Part shown: in pieces, positions 9,219 through 18,884 of the stretch | How positions within the stretch are numbered: position 1 is the first letter of the stretch | Layout of the letters: every line of letters starts with the position of its first letter | Virus record (IMG/VR): IMGVR_UViG_3300037419_002203 | Coordinates: 1 to 64,000 of that record | Reading direction: 5' to 3' (one strand) | DNA from: an uncultured virus (IMG/VR IMGVR_UViG_3300037419_002203) | Lineage: Duplodnaviria > Heunggongvirae > Uroviricota > Caudoviricetes | Length of the DNA: 64,000 bases | Made by a program: the position numbers and the translations under genes | Notes under the pieces: generated by a model | Databases searched by the model: none | Seen by the model: the letters and a program-made list of their open reading frames with translations, nothing else | Told to the model about the DNA's origin: nothing

Positions 9219-10565
9219 TTACGCTTCTACCCAGTAAACGACGACGAAGCCAGCACCACCGGGGTTGTTGAAGTTACCGGCACCACAGGCACCACCGCCA
9301 CCGAAGCCGCCGGAGGCCGAGGCTCCGCTCCAGGCTCCGGCGGGGCCGCCCGCACCACCACCGAAGCCGGTGGAGTTGGTTCCAGCCGTGCCACCAGTGC
9401 CCGATCCACCGGCACCGGTTGCTAGGGTGTCACCATTGACGCTACCGCCACCCGACGACCCCTGCTGACTGGTGCCGCTCGTACCGATGCCGCCGCCACC
9501 GCCACCACCACCCGTACCGGTGCCACCGACGGCGCCCGATCCGGCCGTTCCGTTGTTGCCCTTGCCACCACCGCCACCACCGGCGGCGCTGGTTGTGCCG
9601 TTCTGCGCACCGTTGCCACCGTTGCCACCGCCGCCACCGCCACCGCCGCCACCGCCATACCAGGTGCCCGCGGAGGTCGTACCGCCAGTGCCACCTGGCA
9701 GGCTGATCGTGCCCGCCGTGGTCTGGAACTGCCAGGCGCTGGCGTTCAGGTTGGTGTCGGTGATGTCGGACCAGGAGCCGTTGGTACCGCCACCGGAGCC
9801 GCCCAAGGCACCAGCAGCACTGGTCGGTGCCAGGCCACCCGCTGCCGAGAGGATCGATCCGAAGCTGGAGGTGCCGCCCGCGCCGGTCGTGCCGCCTGCG
9901 CCCACGGTAACGGTGATGGCCGTGTTGCTCGTGATGCCCGAGGTCACGTCGCCCAGCTTGTACTGGCCACCGCCAGCCGCACCACCGGTCGAACCCAAAG
10001 AGACACCGTTGCTACCGCCGCCACCGCCTGCACACCACGCGTAAGCGAGTAGCACGGCGCGCCAGTTACCTTGAGGAATGGGCCAAGAACCGCTGGCCGT
10101 GAATACGGTCTTCTTCAGCTTCGAGTTCACCAAAGCCATGGCATTCTTGAGGATCGTGTAGTTGCCACCAATGTCGTTCAACTTGGCCTTGGCATTGGTC
10201 GATGTAAGCAGCGCCTTGATTGCCGGACCCACGGTGACTGCCTTGTCCATAGCGGTCTGACTTGCAGCAAACGTACCCATCGCTGTAGCATCAGCTGCTA
10301 GGGACGTCATGAAAGCAGAGCCCTTCACGAACTCATCGAGAGCGGTGGGTTCGGAGATGATGACGCCCAATGCGATTGCCGAAGTCGCCACAGCCGTCGA
10401 AGCCGTGGAGCTATCAGCGATCGCACGCGCCTGAACCCGATTCTCCATCTCCGCGCGGAACGCGGCCAGCTCCGACGCCGTACCCAGGCGCGTTTGCAAC
10501 TGGGCACCGGTCAGCGAGCCTGCCAGAAGCAGGTTGACGATCAACGAACCACGAATCGAACCCAT
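9219..10565 (-). CDS. Glycine-rich tail-fibre-type protein
   Basis: FTASGSW..P...GGGGG and terminal GGAGFVVVYW motifs of phage Gly-rich domains. Confidence 0.75.
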   Translation of the reverse strand: MGSIRGSLIVNLLLAGSLTGAQLQTRLGTASELAAFRAEMENRVQARAIADSSTASTAVATSAIALGVIISEPTALDEFVKGSAFMTSLAADATAMGTFAASQTAMDKAVTVGPAIKALLTSTNAKAKLNDIGGNYTILKNAMALVNSKLKKTVFTASGSWPIPQGNWRAVLLAYAWCAGGGGGSNGVSLGSTGGAAGGGQYKLGDVTSGITSNTAITVTVGAGGTTGAGGTSSFGSILSAAGGLAPTSAAGALGGSGGGTNGSWSDITDTNLNASAWQFQTTAGTISLPGGTGGTTSAGTWYGGGGGGGGGGGNGGNGAQNGTTSAAGGGGGGKGNNGTAGSGAVGGTGTGGGGGGGGIGTSGTSQQGSSGGGSVNGDTLATGAGGSGTGGTAGTNSTGFGGGAGGPAGAWSGASASGGFGGGGACGAGNFNNPGGAGFVVVYWVEA

Positions 10566-10576
10566 GATGTTATCTC

Positions 10577-12094
10577 CTAGTGCTTGCGGATCGTAAGCCA
10601 GTTGTCGGTGGGAACACTGCCACCCGAGGTCAACGCACCAATGGCGTGCGTACCCGAGCCGGTCATGTACATGTAGATCTCGATGTAGTCACCTGCGAGC
10701 AGGGGAAGCGTACACGTCGCCGTAACCGTTGTTGTCGTGTTAGCCGCAAAGATCAGCTCCGAACCGATGCGGCGGTACAACGTGCCGTTCTTCCAGATCT
10801 CGACGTAAGCACCTGCCGCACCACCACTGCTCGATGTTGCACCGATAGCTGCATTGATGTCGTAGGTGTCCGAGACACGCGCAGTAAACCTGCTGTTGCT
10901 CATGTCCCACTCACCCAACACGTCGCGCTCGACGGTGGTGTAAGTCATCTTCGTAGCCGCGCTTGCACTGGCAGACGTTGTTCCCGTTCCTACCGCACGG
11001 TAGACCGAGACGTCAGTACCACCTGTCGTGGCACTCGTTAGCGTTTCTAGCGCATTGCGCAGGTCGGACAACTGCGGATCGATGTACGCAAACAAAGCAT
11101 CTGGGTACAGCACCTCGACCAGCAATCGGCCGCCAGCCGTTACGTCCAGAATCAGTTCGCCATCCGAAACTTCGGTGGTAGCAGACGTGTAGCGGAAGAT
11201 GCCATGCCCTTGGATCAACACCAAGGCATCGTCGGCGAGCCCCGTCAGCGCTGCAGCTGCCGCGACGTTGGCAACCACCTGCAAGCCACCAGCGCTCACC
11301 TTCAAGGCAAACTCGCTGAGCGCGTGCCCAGCGAAGGTCGTGGCATCCGTGCCCGCCAGGGGCGACACAGCGCTGGAGATCTTGACTTCGACGCCGGTTG
11401 CGGGGATCTCGCCTGCCACGAACGTGATCTTGTTGCCCGTGCGGGTGTAGTTCACACCCCCACCGACCATGATGTTGCCGCCGCGCCACACCAACTCGTA
11501 AGGACCGCCCGTCGGCAAGGTGTACGTTGCGTTGCTCGTGCCAACGTCAGCAGTGACCACCACGGGAGTGGTCATCGCACCACCTGCGGACAGGTCGGCG
11601 AAGGCGCGCTTGTCGGTCACCAGGGTGATGACACCGCCGCTGGTGGTCACTTCTGCCATGCGGAAGCGACCCGCTGTAAAGCCTGTCGTGTTCTTGCTGA
11701 CAGTACCTGCCGAGTCTACCTCGACGTAGTTGATGGCGTTGTTGGTCAACCCAATCGTGTTTGCCGACACGCTGACCAGCGTGGGACCGGCCTGCATCTT
11801 GCCCGCCTTGTAGCCGTACGTCAGGCCCGTGGTCGTGGCCGTGTTCTGGCCGAAGTCATCGATGCCACCCGTACCGGCGACGTTGATCAGGCCGGAGCCG
11901 TCTCCCGTGATGACGCCGTTGGTGACCGTGAGGCCACCGTCCATGGTCTGCGTGCCATGCCCCGTCGGGTTGGCGATGAGCAGCTGTGCGGCACCCGATG
12001 CTTGCGCGATGGCAAGGACCGCGTTGTGCAGCACCTTGGTGACGTCGAACTTGCGCTGGAAGTGCGCGAGCGCTTGTGCGATGAGTTCGTTCAC
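10577..12094 (-). CDS. Tail fibre/receptor-binding protein with C-terminal C1q-like domain
   Basis: C-terminus D..GEWD.SNSRFTA...TY.I...IWKNG...LLAGDYIEIY fits a C1q/TNF-like jelly roll. Confidence 0.65.
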   Translation of the reverse strand: MNELIAQALAHFQRKFDVTKVLHNAVLAIAQASGAAQLLIANPTGHGTQTMDGGLTVTNGVITGDGSGLINVAGTGGIDDFGQNTATTTGLTYGYKAGKMQAGPTLVSVSANTIGLTNNAINYVEVDSAGTVSKNTTGFTAGRFRMAEVTTSGGVITLVTDKRAFADLSAGGAMTTPVVVTADVGTSNATYTLPTGGPYELVWRGGNIMVGGGVNYTRTGNKITFVAGEIPATGVEVKISSAVSPLAGTDATTFAGHALSEFALKVSAGGLQVVANVAAAAALTGLADDALVLIQGHGIFRYTSATTEVSDGELILDVTAGGRLLVEVLYPDALFAYIDPQLSDLRNALETLTSATTGGTDVSVYRAVGTGTTSASASAATKMTYTTVERDVLGEWDMSNSRFTARVSDTYDINAAIGATSSSGGAAGAYVEIWKNGTLYRRIGSELIFAANTTTTVTATCTLPLLAGDYIEIYMYMTGSGTHAIGALTSGGSVPTDNWLTIRKH

Positions 12095-12104
12095 AGGAAC
12101 ACTC

Positions 12105-12917
12105 CTACGTCACGGTCCGGGTGGCGCCCGTCCAATCCCCGCTGGAATACGAGTTCGTGATGGTCACGGTCTTACCGCCACCCACAATCGTGACGACGTT
12201 GAGCGTACCATCGGCGTTGTAGCTAAAAGTGGTCGTCTTCACGGTCGTACCACCGTTCTTTTCGGTGACGGACGCAATCGTCCCATCCGCGTTCATGACC
12301 GTTACGTTCACCAGATCGTGGATCTCGATCTCGTATCCGTGCTCGTAGCGGACGTCTGTGTTGGCATCACCGTGGGTGATGTTGCCCTTGACAACGAGGT
12401 TGCCGTCCACGGTGCCGTTGCCGGTACTGTGGAACGATCCATCAACCGACGAGATCTCGAAGCGCGTGACAGGCGTGGTGCCCGTACTGGTCGTCGATTC
12501 GAAGACCCAACCATAACCTGCTTGGTTCTCGACGTTAAAGCGCCGCGCCCAACTGGTCACCAAGGATCCCGTAGATGGTGTAACGCCGTTAGGGCCGCCG
12601 GAACCGCCAGGCGCCATGTAGTCCATCCAGGTCTTGAAGGTTGCGTTGTTGTACCACTGGATGCGCGCATTGGTGTTCGCCGTCCGGTTCATGAACAGAT
12701 AGCTGTTCGTCCCGAACAAGGCATTGCCGTTGATGGTCAGGTCGTTGCTGATCGTCAAACCACCGGCAATGGTTTGGGTAGCACCGCCATTCGGGTTACC
12801 GATGATCAGTTGAAAGGGAGCTGCCGCCGCTGCCACAGCCAAGACCGCGCCCCACTTGGGGTGGGTCGTGTCGAACTTGAACGTTAGAATGTTAGCGGCG
12901 AGGAGTTCCTCGGACAT
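12105..12917 (-). CDS. Tail fibre-type protein
   Basis: N-terminus paralogous to 10577-12094; C-terminal YNADG repeat domain. Confidence 0.65.
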   Translation of the reverse strand: MSEELLAANILTFKFDTTHPKWGAVLAVAAAAAPFQLIIGNPNGGATQTIAGGLTISNDLTINGNALFGTNSYLFMNRTANTNARIQWYNNATFKTWMDYMAPGGSGGPNGVTPSTGSLVTSWARRFNVENQAGYGWVFESTTSTGTTPVTRFEISSVDGSFHSTGNGTVDGNLVVKGNITHGDANTDVRYEHGYEIEIHDLVNVTVMNADGTIASVTEKNGGTTVKTTTFSYNADGTLNVVTIVGGGKTVTITNSYSSGDWTGATRTVT

Positions 12918-12932
12918 GGGGCTACCTCAAGG

Positions 12933-13883
12933 TTAGTAGAGGAGCCCCATACGAACCAACTGCGTGGTCGTGTTCGGCATCAGGTACAGGTACTCGATGC
13001 CGTCGGCCACGATGGTGTCCATGCGGTTACCTGCCACGGCAGCGCCGTTCAGGATCACGTACTGGGTAGCCAACATGCGGGCCACCGGACCGCTGCCAGC
13101 AGACAGGTCCAGCTCGACAATGCGACCCGTCGCGTCCTTCGAGATCGCCAGACGCTGTGTTGGTGCACCGGTCAGCAACTTGCACATGTAGCTGCCGGTC
13201 GTGAAGGTTTCGGTATCGGGCTTGTACGTGATCTGTGTCCAGGCGTTGCCGGAGATCGAGTACTGATCCACACGGTTGGTAGCACCACCCGCTACACGGA
13301 TGATGTGGTCGTTGCCACCACCGTGGCCCGGCAAGAAGACCAGGCCACAACCGGCGCCCGAGGCCGTGGGTGCGTTAGCCACCGTGGTAGGCGAGGCGAC
13401 CCAGGCGTTGGTGCTGATCTGGTAGCGGTAGAAGGTGGCCGCGTTGTTGCCAACCAGGTAGATGAAGTCCGACGAGGCAGCACCCGCGCCGATGGTGGGC
13501 ATGGCCATGTTACCGTCCGTACCAAAGGTGGCGGGCAGGTTGGTGACGCTGCGGGCCGTCCAAGCATTGGTGGTCGGATCGTAGTACTGGAAGGTCGGTG
13601 TGGCGACGCCGTTGGTGATCAACGCCCACAGACGGCTGTTGGCGCTGTCCCACTGCATGCAGGTACCCACGCCGAGCGTACCGCCCGGCGGGTTGGCGAG
13701 CTGCTGCCAGGCATCTGCTTGACAGTCGTAGCGCCAGAAGGACGTGGCAGAGAACAAGGCGTACAAGAAGCGAACGGAGTCGCCCGTCATACAGACACCC
13801 GCCGCGACAGCCGCCGGGGGCGGGGTCATCTGCTGGAAGATGGGAGTGTCGATGACAGGCTTGTTGTTGTTGACGGTGGTCAT
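12933..13883 (-). CDS. Kelch-like beta-propeller protein
   Basis: Repeated F.RYD...DAW, FQYYDP.TNAW, FYRYQISTNAW, DQYSISGNAW blades. Confidence 0.75.
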   Translation of the reverse strand: MTTVNNNKPVIDTPIFQQMTPPPAAVAAGVCMTGDSVRFLYALFSATSFWRYDCQADAWQQLANPPGGTLGVGTCMQWDSANSRLWALITNGVATPTFQYYDPTTNAWTARSVTNLPATFGTDGNMAMPTIGAGAASSDFIYLVGNNAATFYRYQISTNAWVASPTTVANAPTASGAGCGLVFLPGHGGGNDHIIRVAGGATNRVDQYSISGNAWTQITYKPDTETFTTGSYMCKLLTGAPTQRLAISKDATGRIVELDLSAGSGPVARMLATQYVILNGAAVAGNRMDTIVADGIEYLYLMPNTTTQLVRMGLLY

Positions 13884-13893
13884 GGGGATTCTC

Positions 13894-14163
13894 CTAGCTC
13901 AGATTCTTTCGGAAGCCCGCATAGTAGTTCTGGGCAGTGTCCAACTGGGTCTTGCCATTGGCGTTGGTGGCACCCCAGTTGGTGATGTTGCTCAGAGTGG
14001 TACACGTTGTCACCGTGGTCACCGTGGTCACGGTACCGCTGGAAATCAAGGCATCCACCTGCAGACGGTTCGCGGTGTTCACGATGAGGCGTCCCAACGT
14101 CTTCGTCAGGATCTCCATGAAGGCACGCTCCAGGGCGCCACTTGCGATACTTCCCTTGTTCAT
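13894..14163 (-). CDS. Small virion protein with TTV repeats
   Basis: GTVTTVTTVTTCTTLSNITN; GGAGG RBS. Confidence 0.7.
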   Translation of the reverse strand: MNKGSIASGALERAFMEILTKTLGRLIVNTANRLQVDALISSGTVTTVTTVTTCTTLSNITNWGATNANGKTQLDTAQNYYAGFRKNLS

Positions 14164-14172
14164 CGGGTCCTC

Positions 14173-14490
14173 CTACTCTGCCGTCACGAACCAAGCCGTG
14201 CCCGTGCTGTACAAAGTCACGTACTCCTGCGCGTACTCCAAAACGTAAGTCGAGACGATCCCGATCAGTTCGGCTCCGTTGGGGTCGATCGTAACGGTGT
14301 TGGTCGTGCTGTCCGTCTTGACGACTGTGAAGGATCGACCTGTCACCGTCGCTGCGGCCGGTAGGGTCAGTACGAAACTGCCCGAGGTCGCGTCGGCCAA
14401 GGTCACCGACTCGTTGGAGGTGATCGTGTGGTTTCCCGTCACCACCGAAGGCGGGACGCCATCCAGAACTTCCGGGCCGATGTTAGGCAT
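14173..14490 (-). CDS. Small tail-fibre-associated domain protein
   Basis: ADATSG...LTLPAA....GR.F.V.K.D...NTVTIDPNG.E.I domain. Confidence 0.7.
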   Translation of the reverse strand: MPNIGPEVLDGVPPSVVTGNHTITSNESVTLADATSGSFVLTLPAAATVTGRSFTVVKTDSTTNTVTIDPNGAELIGIVSTYVLEYAQEYVTLYSTGTAWFVTAE

Positions 14491-16250
14491 TACACCACCA
14501 CCTTGGTCACCGTGACCGTGCCACTGCCGTACGCGTACGTGTGGGTTGCTGTCTTTCCGTTTGCAACGTAGACCTTCGTTGCAATAGATCCGTCACTGTT
14601 GTACGTGATGGTCAAGGTCTTGACCGTCGTCGCGCCGTTCTTCCAGGTCACCGTTGCCAAGGTCCCATCCGCGTTGAGCGTCTGGTCTTCCTCCAGGGTA
14701 CCCGTCTCCATGTACGTGCCCATGTCTGGGAGCATCGTGGAGTCGATCACACCGCCTGCAGTCGTCTTGACGATCGCGTTAGCCGTGCTTGTAACTGCTG
14801 GAGCGGATCCCTGGAGTGTGATTGCATCGATGTCGTTGTCAGAGATCGAGCAACTGATTACTACCTTAGCAGTACTAAGTGGGATATTTCCGGCAACAAA
14901 TGTGATCTTGGTTCCCGTGCGGGTGTAGTCGGTTCCTCGTACTTGGATCGCACCCGACTTCCACACCATCTCGTAACCACCCGTGGTGGGCAAGGTGTAG
15001 GTGGCGTTACCGGTTCCCGCGTCGGCAGCAACAATGGCCGGGACGGACATGGCACCTAGATCGGTGGCAGCGACCGACACACTGATCGTCACCTTTGACG
15101 TACTCAGTGGGATGTTTCCTGCCACAAAGGTGATCTGGTTGCCCGTGCGTGTGTAGTCGGTGCCGCGTACCTGGATCGCACCCGACTTCCATACCATTTC
15201 GTAGTTACCCAGGTACGGGAGCGTGTACGTGGCATTGCCCGTACCCACATCTGCGGTGACCACCACGGGCACCGACATGGCGCCTGGCAGGTTGCCGATC
15301 GTGGACAACACACCACCAGAGTAGGCAATCGAAGTGCCATCGACCGCGTTATCCAACAACACCGTGCGATCGGCCCCGTTGACACGCGTGAAGACGCCGC
15401 CGGTCGTGGTCCAGAAGTCTCCGTCCAGAGGTGTGGTGGGTGCGACGCCGTGTGGTAGATTCAACGAGGCTGCGCCTGCAGTTGCCGCCGACAACGTGGT
15501 TCGTCCGTTCTCACTGACGGAGAACAGCAGCGTACCACCGGCCGCTGTGTTCGCGTTCGTGCGCACGGCGAACTTGCGCGTGGTGTCGCTGTTGTCCGAG
15601 TCGATCAAGACAATGACATCGGCCGTGGAATTGACCACCGTACCATTGCTACTATCGACAAACAGCCCGTTGTTGGCGTTGAGTCCCAGGTAGCTGGTTG
15701 GAACCGCGTTTGCCGTCGTCGCGGCGATCGCGTGAACCGTTGCTGTCAACGTAGTGTTGTTGCTTGCATCGATCGCGCCAACCGTGATATTGCCATTGTC
15801 CGCCGCGTTGCGGAAGGTCAACAGGCCCGCGTTACCAATGACGACACTACCCTTGATGTACGCACCGTTGGTGGGTACCTTGCTCACATCAGCATAAGCA
15901 CTGGATACGAGCAACTGACCAACATTAACACCCACGGCAGCGCTGCCGTTAAGAAAGTTGATGGGGACCGTCGACCGCAGCTGACCGCTTGTCAAGGTCA
16001 GACCACTGGCACCCCCAACCGTCATGTTACCGGCGAAGTTGGGGGTGGTGGCGCTGTACAGGGCGACGTTGGTCGACAGCGTGCTGTCCGCCAACCCGTT
16101 GGTACCCAAAGCAGCGTTGACGTTGGCGCCGTTGATCGAGATGGTGCCCGCGGACAGCCCGATGTTCGATCCAACGATAACGGCGCCGCGGACGGCGCCC
16201 GCAGCGAGGGGTAGGTGGTTAGCTGGGTAAAGGCTACCTTCGTAAGACAT
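14490..16250 (-). CDS. Tail fibre protein (mosaic)
   Basis: Thr/Gly/Ala-rich; internal tandem ~70-aa repeat; N-terminus shared with 16278-17708. Confidence 0.7.
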   Translation of the reverse strand: MSYEGSLYPANHLPLAAGAVRGAVIVGSNIGLSAGTISINGANVNAALGTNGLADSTLSTNVALYSATTPNFAGNMTVGGASGLTLTSGQLRSTVPINFLNGSAAVGVNVGQLLVSSAYADVSKVPTNGAYIKGSVVIGNAGLLTFRNAADNGNITVGAIDASNNTTLTATVHAIAATTANAVPTSYLGLNANNGLFVDSSNGTVVNSTADVIVLIDSDNSDTTRKFAVRTNANTAAGGTLLFSVSENGRTTLSAATAGAASLNLPHGVAPTTPLDGDFWTTTGGVFTRVNGADRTVLLDNAVDGTSIAYSGGVLSTIGNLPGAMSVPVVVTADVGTGNATYTLPYLGNYEMVWKSGAIQVRGTDYTRTGNQITFVAGNIPLSTSKVTISVSVAATDLGAMSVPAIVAADAGTGNATYTLPTTGGYEMVWKSGAIQVRGTDYTRTGTKITFVAGNIPLSTAKVVISCSISDNDIDAITLQGSAPAVTSTANAIVKTTAGGVIDSTMLPDMGTYMETGTLEEDQTLNADGTLATVTWKNGATTVKTLTITYNSDGSIATKVYVANGKTATHTYAYGSGTVTVTKVVV

Positions 16251-16277
16251 TGGATCCCCCGATCCGGTCGGGCGACC

Positions 16278-17708
16278 TTACATCACGTTCCACTCGGTGC
16301 CGTTGTAGACCAGCTCGCGGGAACCGTAGTTGGACTCGATGAGGTGGGTGGCCTGACCGTCGATCGTGCCCGCAGCCGGGGTGATCGTGATGGTGTTCGT
16401 GCCTGCATCACCCTTGCCGTCCTTGATGGTGAACCACTCGCCGTTGGTCGGCGTCGCAGGCAAGTTCACAACAGTCGCGGCACCCACGGTCTTGTTAATG
16501 ATGACGATGTCGTCGGCCGTGGTCACGGTGACGGCACCGGCCGCCGTCACGACGCGGTTGGTGCGTACGATGGCTTGCGGGCTGACGGAGAAGACACCCG
16601 CCGACACGGCGATACCCGCACCCGCCTGCGCAGCGCCCAGCGCCGCGGCGGTTGCCACGGGCAGGTCCAAGGGTACCAGAGCACGGTAAGCAGGCGCCGC
16701 AGCGCCGCCGGAGGCCGGACCGGCCAACACCAGGTTCGCGTTCTGGTTGGCGAACGACAGCGTGATCGAGCCGGTCGAAGCCGTGACCGACAGACCCGAA
16801 CCGCTGACCGCGAAGGCGGTCACACCGGCGTTGCTGATGACGCCCGCGGTGATGCCCAAACCCGAACCTACCTGTACGGCACCGAACGCCGCGCCGGTCG
16901 CCAGGGGCAGCGTGCTCGCCGGGATGCTGTTGGCACCTGTGATCTGCGCACCAGGGATGCCCGTCAGACCGGTAGCGGGACCCGTGAACTGCGTGGTCGC
17001 GGTGATGGTACCCGTCGACGTAATGTTGCCCGCACGGAACGCCTGCTCCGACGACGCGATGTACGCGGAGTCGTCCGCCTTCACCTTGGCAGTGGTCCAG
17101 CGCGAGTTGGCGTTGTCCCAGGTGATACCCGGCATGTCATTGGCGACGGAGCTGCCGTTGGAGCCCACGTACACCGAGATACCGGTGGCTAGCGTGGGAG
17201 CGGGATCGCTCACGCCGACACCGGCCGACGGCCAGTTCACCTGGATGATGCGGTCATTGAAGTCCACCGAGGTCGAGTTGACCTGGAAAGTGGTACCCGT
17301 GACGGTCAGGTTACCGTTGATGACGGTGTTGCCACCGATGGTGCCGCCCGCGGAGTTGAACGGCGTGTAACCCAGGGCGGTGGTGATGTTCGTGCCGGTC
17401 AGCGAGATCGTGCCGGAGGCCAGCGTGATGTTGGAGCCGACGATCACCGCACCGCGCGTGCCACCCGCGGCCAGGGGCAGCTGCGACGCCGTGAGCAAAC
17501 CGCCGCTCAGACCGGCGTAGCCGTTCGAGGCGTTCTTGTTGGCCTGGTCTTCGGGGGTGTAGCCGAGCGCGTTGGTAACGTTGGTGCCGTTGATCGAGAT
17601 CGTGCCCGCGGACAGCCCGATGTTGGTACCAACAATGACGGCACCACGCACACCACCTGCCGCGAGGGGCAGGTGATTCGCGGGATAAAGACTACCTTCG
17701 TAGGACAT
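16278..17708 (-). CDS. Tail fibre protein (mosaic)
   Basis: LP.A....GAV.VG.N repeats, ALGYTP motifs, C-terminal fibre-associated domain. Confidence 0.7.
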   Translation of the reverse strand: MSYEGSLYPANHLPLAAGGVRGAVIVGTNIGLSAGTISINGTNVTNALGYTPEDQANKNASNGYAGLSGGLLTASQLPLAAGGTRGAVIVGSNITLASGTISLTGTNITTALGYTPFNSAGGTIGGNTVINGNLTVTGTTFQVNSTSVDFNDRIIQVNWPSAGVGVSDPAPTLATGISVYVGSNGSSVANDMPGITWDNANSRWTTAKVKADDSAYIASSEQAFRAGNITSTGTITATTQFTGPATGLTGIPGAQITGANSIPASTLPLATGAAFGAVQVGSGLGITAGVISNAGVTAFAVSGSGLSVTASTGSITLSFANQNANLVLAGPASGGAAAPAYRALVPLDLPVATAAALGAAQAGAGIAVSAGVFSVSPQAIVRTNRVVTAAGAVTVTTADDIVIINKTVGAATVVNLPATPTNGEWFTIKDGKGDAGTNTITITPAAGTIDGQATHLIESNYGSRELVYNGTEWNVM

Positions 17709-18875
17709 CTACTTGATCCTCCAGACGGTGCCGTCGAGGTAGAAGGTACGGCTTGCGTAGTCGGCACTGATCGTAGAGACGGGTTCGAGCGTGGTGCTGC
17801 CCCCGGCGACGAACGTGATGTTGTTGGTCGAGGCGTTTCCGCTGATGTCCTTGACCGTGACGGTCTTGCCGTAGTCCCAGGTACCCGGCAGCGTAATCGC
17901 CACCGGCCCGGCGCCATTGACGTGCACGGTGACGTCATCATTCTGAACCGTTGCGTTAGCAGTAACTGTGCGGAAGTTGGGCAAGTAACCCAGTGCCGCC
18001 CAGGTGCCTGGCGTGCCGTCCGCGATGCAGGTCCAACCCGTTGCCAGACCGCGTGCGGGCAGGTTGTTGAGGACCACATCGCCGCGAACGTGTGCACCCG
18101 ATCCCGGAGGCGCGCTGCCTTGGATCAGCTGGTTCGTAGACAGCAAGAAGGTACCCAACACCTGGACATCGTGCTGGAAGGTGTTGGTTGCGGCATCCGT
18201 GAGCGGGACTTCCGCGGGCATGTCGGTCTTCACCAGCAGGCGGAAGGTTGCTGCCTGGTCGGCGCCCGAGGTCGGACCCGCGAACACCTTGTGAGCTGCC
18301 TGCGAGCCGCCACCCACTGCCGCAGCAATGCTGGTATCGGCACCCACCGCCGTGTAGGTCGTGCCGTTCCAGTTACCGACCACCACCTCATGGCTGGTGG
18401 GCGTGTAAGTTGCCAGCGTCACGCGCAGCGTGCCATCGTCCTTCGCGACCAGATACTGGTTGGTGGCGTTCGTGAAACTGACCATGTAGTTGACCGTGGG
18501 CAGCGTGCAGTACAGCCCGTTGATCGCGACCTCACCGGCTTGGAGCGTCAGGTTGACGCCGCCCGTCATCGTGCCGGTGTAGGAGGTCATAATCCAGTGC
18601 GCGCCGATCGCCGCGGCGAAGATCCTACCGAACTGCGTGCGCTGCAGTTGCTCGGCGGCCACCGCGCGGTCGCTCTCGTCCCGGCGGGTGTCCTCCAGGT
18701 AGGCGAGGATGCCACGAATCTCCTCGTTACGCAGGTTGAAGAGCGCTGCGGTAACGAAGTTGCCTGCCACGTACGCGCTGAGCAGCGAGTCGTCCGGCAC
18801 GCCGTAGGACTTGTTCATCAGCAGGGTGATGGGTCCCTGCTGGGCACTGCTGTAGGCGGTGATGTTGTAGCTCAC
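17709..18875 (-). CDS. Tail fibre protein
   Basis: VFAGPTSG....ATFR.LV..D and GW.C...GTPGTW motifs typical of fibres. Confidence 0.7.
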   Translation of the reverse strand: MSYNITAYSSAQQGPITLLMNKSYGVPDDSLLSAYVAGNFVTAALFNLRNEEIRGILAYLEDTRRDESDRAVAAEQLQRTQFGRIFAAAIGAHWIMTSYTGTMTGGVNLTLQAGEVAINGLYCTLPTVNYMVSFTNATNQYLVAKDDGTLRVTLATYTPTSHEVVVGNWNGTTYTAVGADTSIAAAVGGGSQAAHKVFAGPTSGADQAATFRLLVKTDMPAEVPLTDAATNTFQHDVQVLGTFLLSTNQLIQGSAPPGSGAHVRGDVVLNNLPARGLATGWTCIADGTPGTWAALGYLPNFRTVTANATVQNDDVTVHVNGAGPVAITLPGTWDYGKTVTVKDISGNASTNNITFVAGGSTTLEPVSTISADYASRTFYLDGTVWRIK

Positions 18876-18884
18876 GACTTACTC

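Noticed and set aside
7375..10100. GCC/ACC-rich tracts as DNA repeats
   Set aside because: Explained by poly-glycine coding sequence
14830..15285. Tandem near-duplicate in a fibre gene as a DGR template/variable repeat
   Set aside because: Differences are mostly synonymous and not adenine-specific; both copies are in frame; no reverse transcriptase in the window
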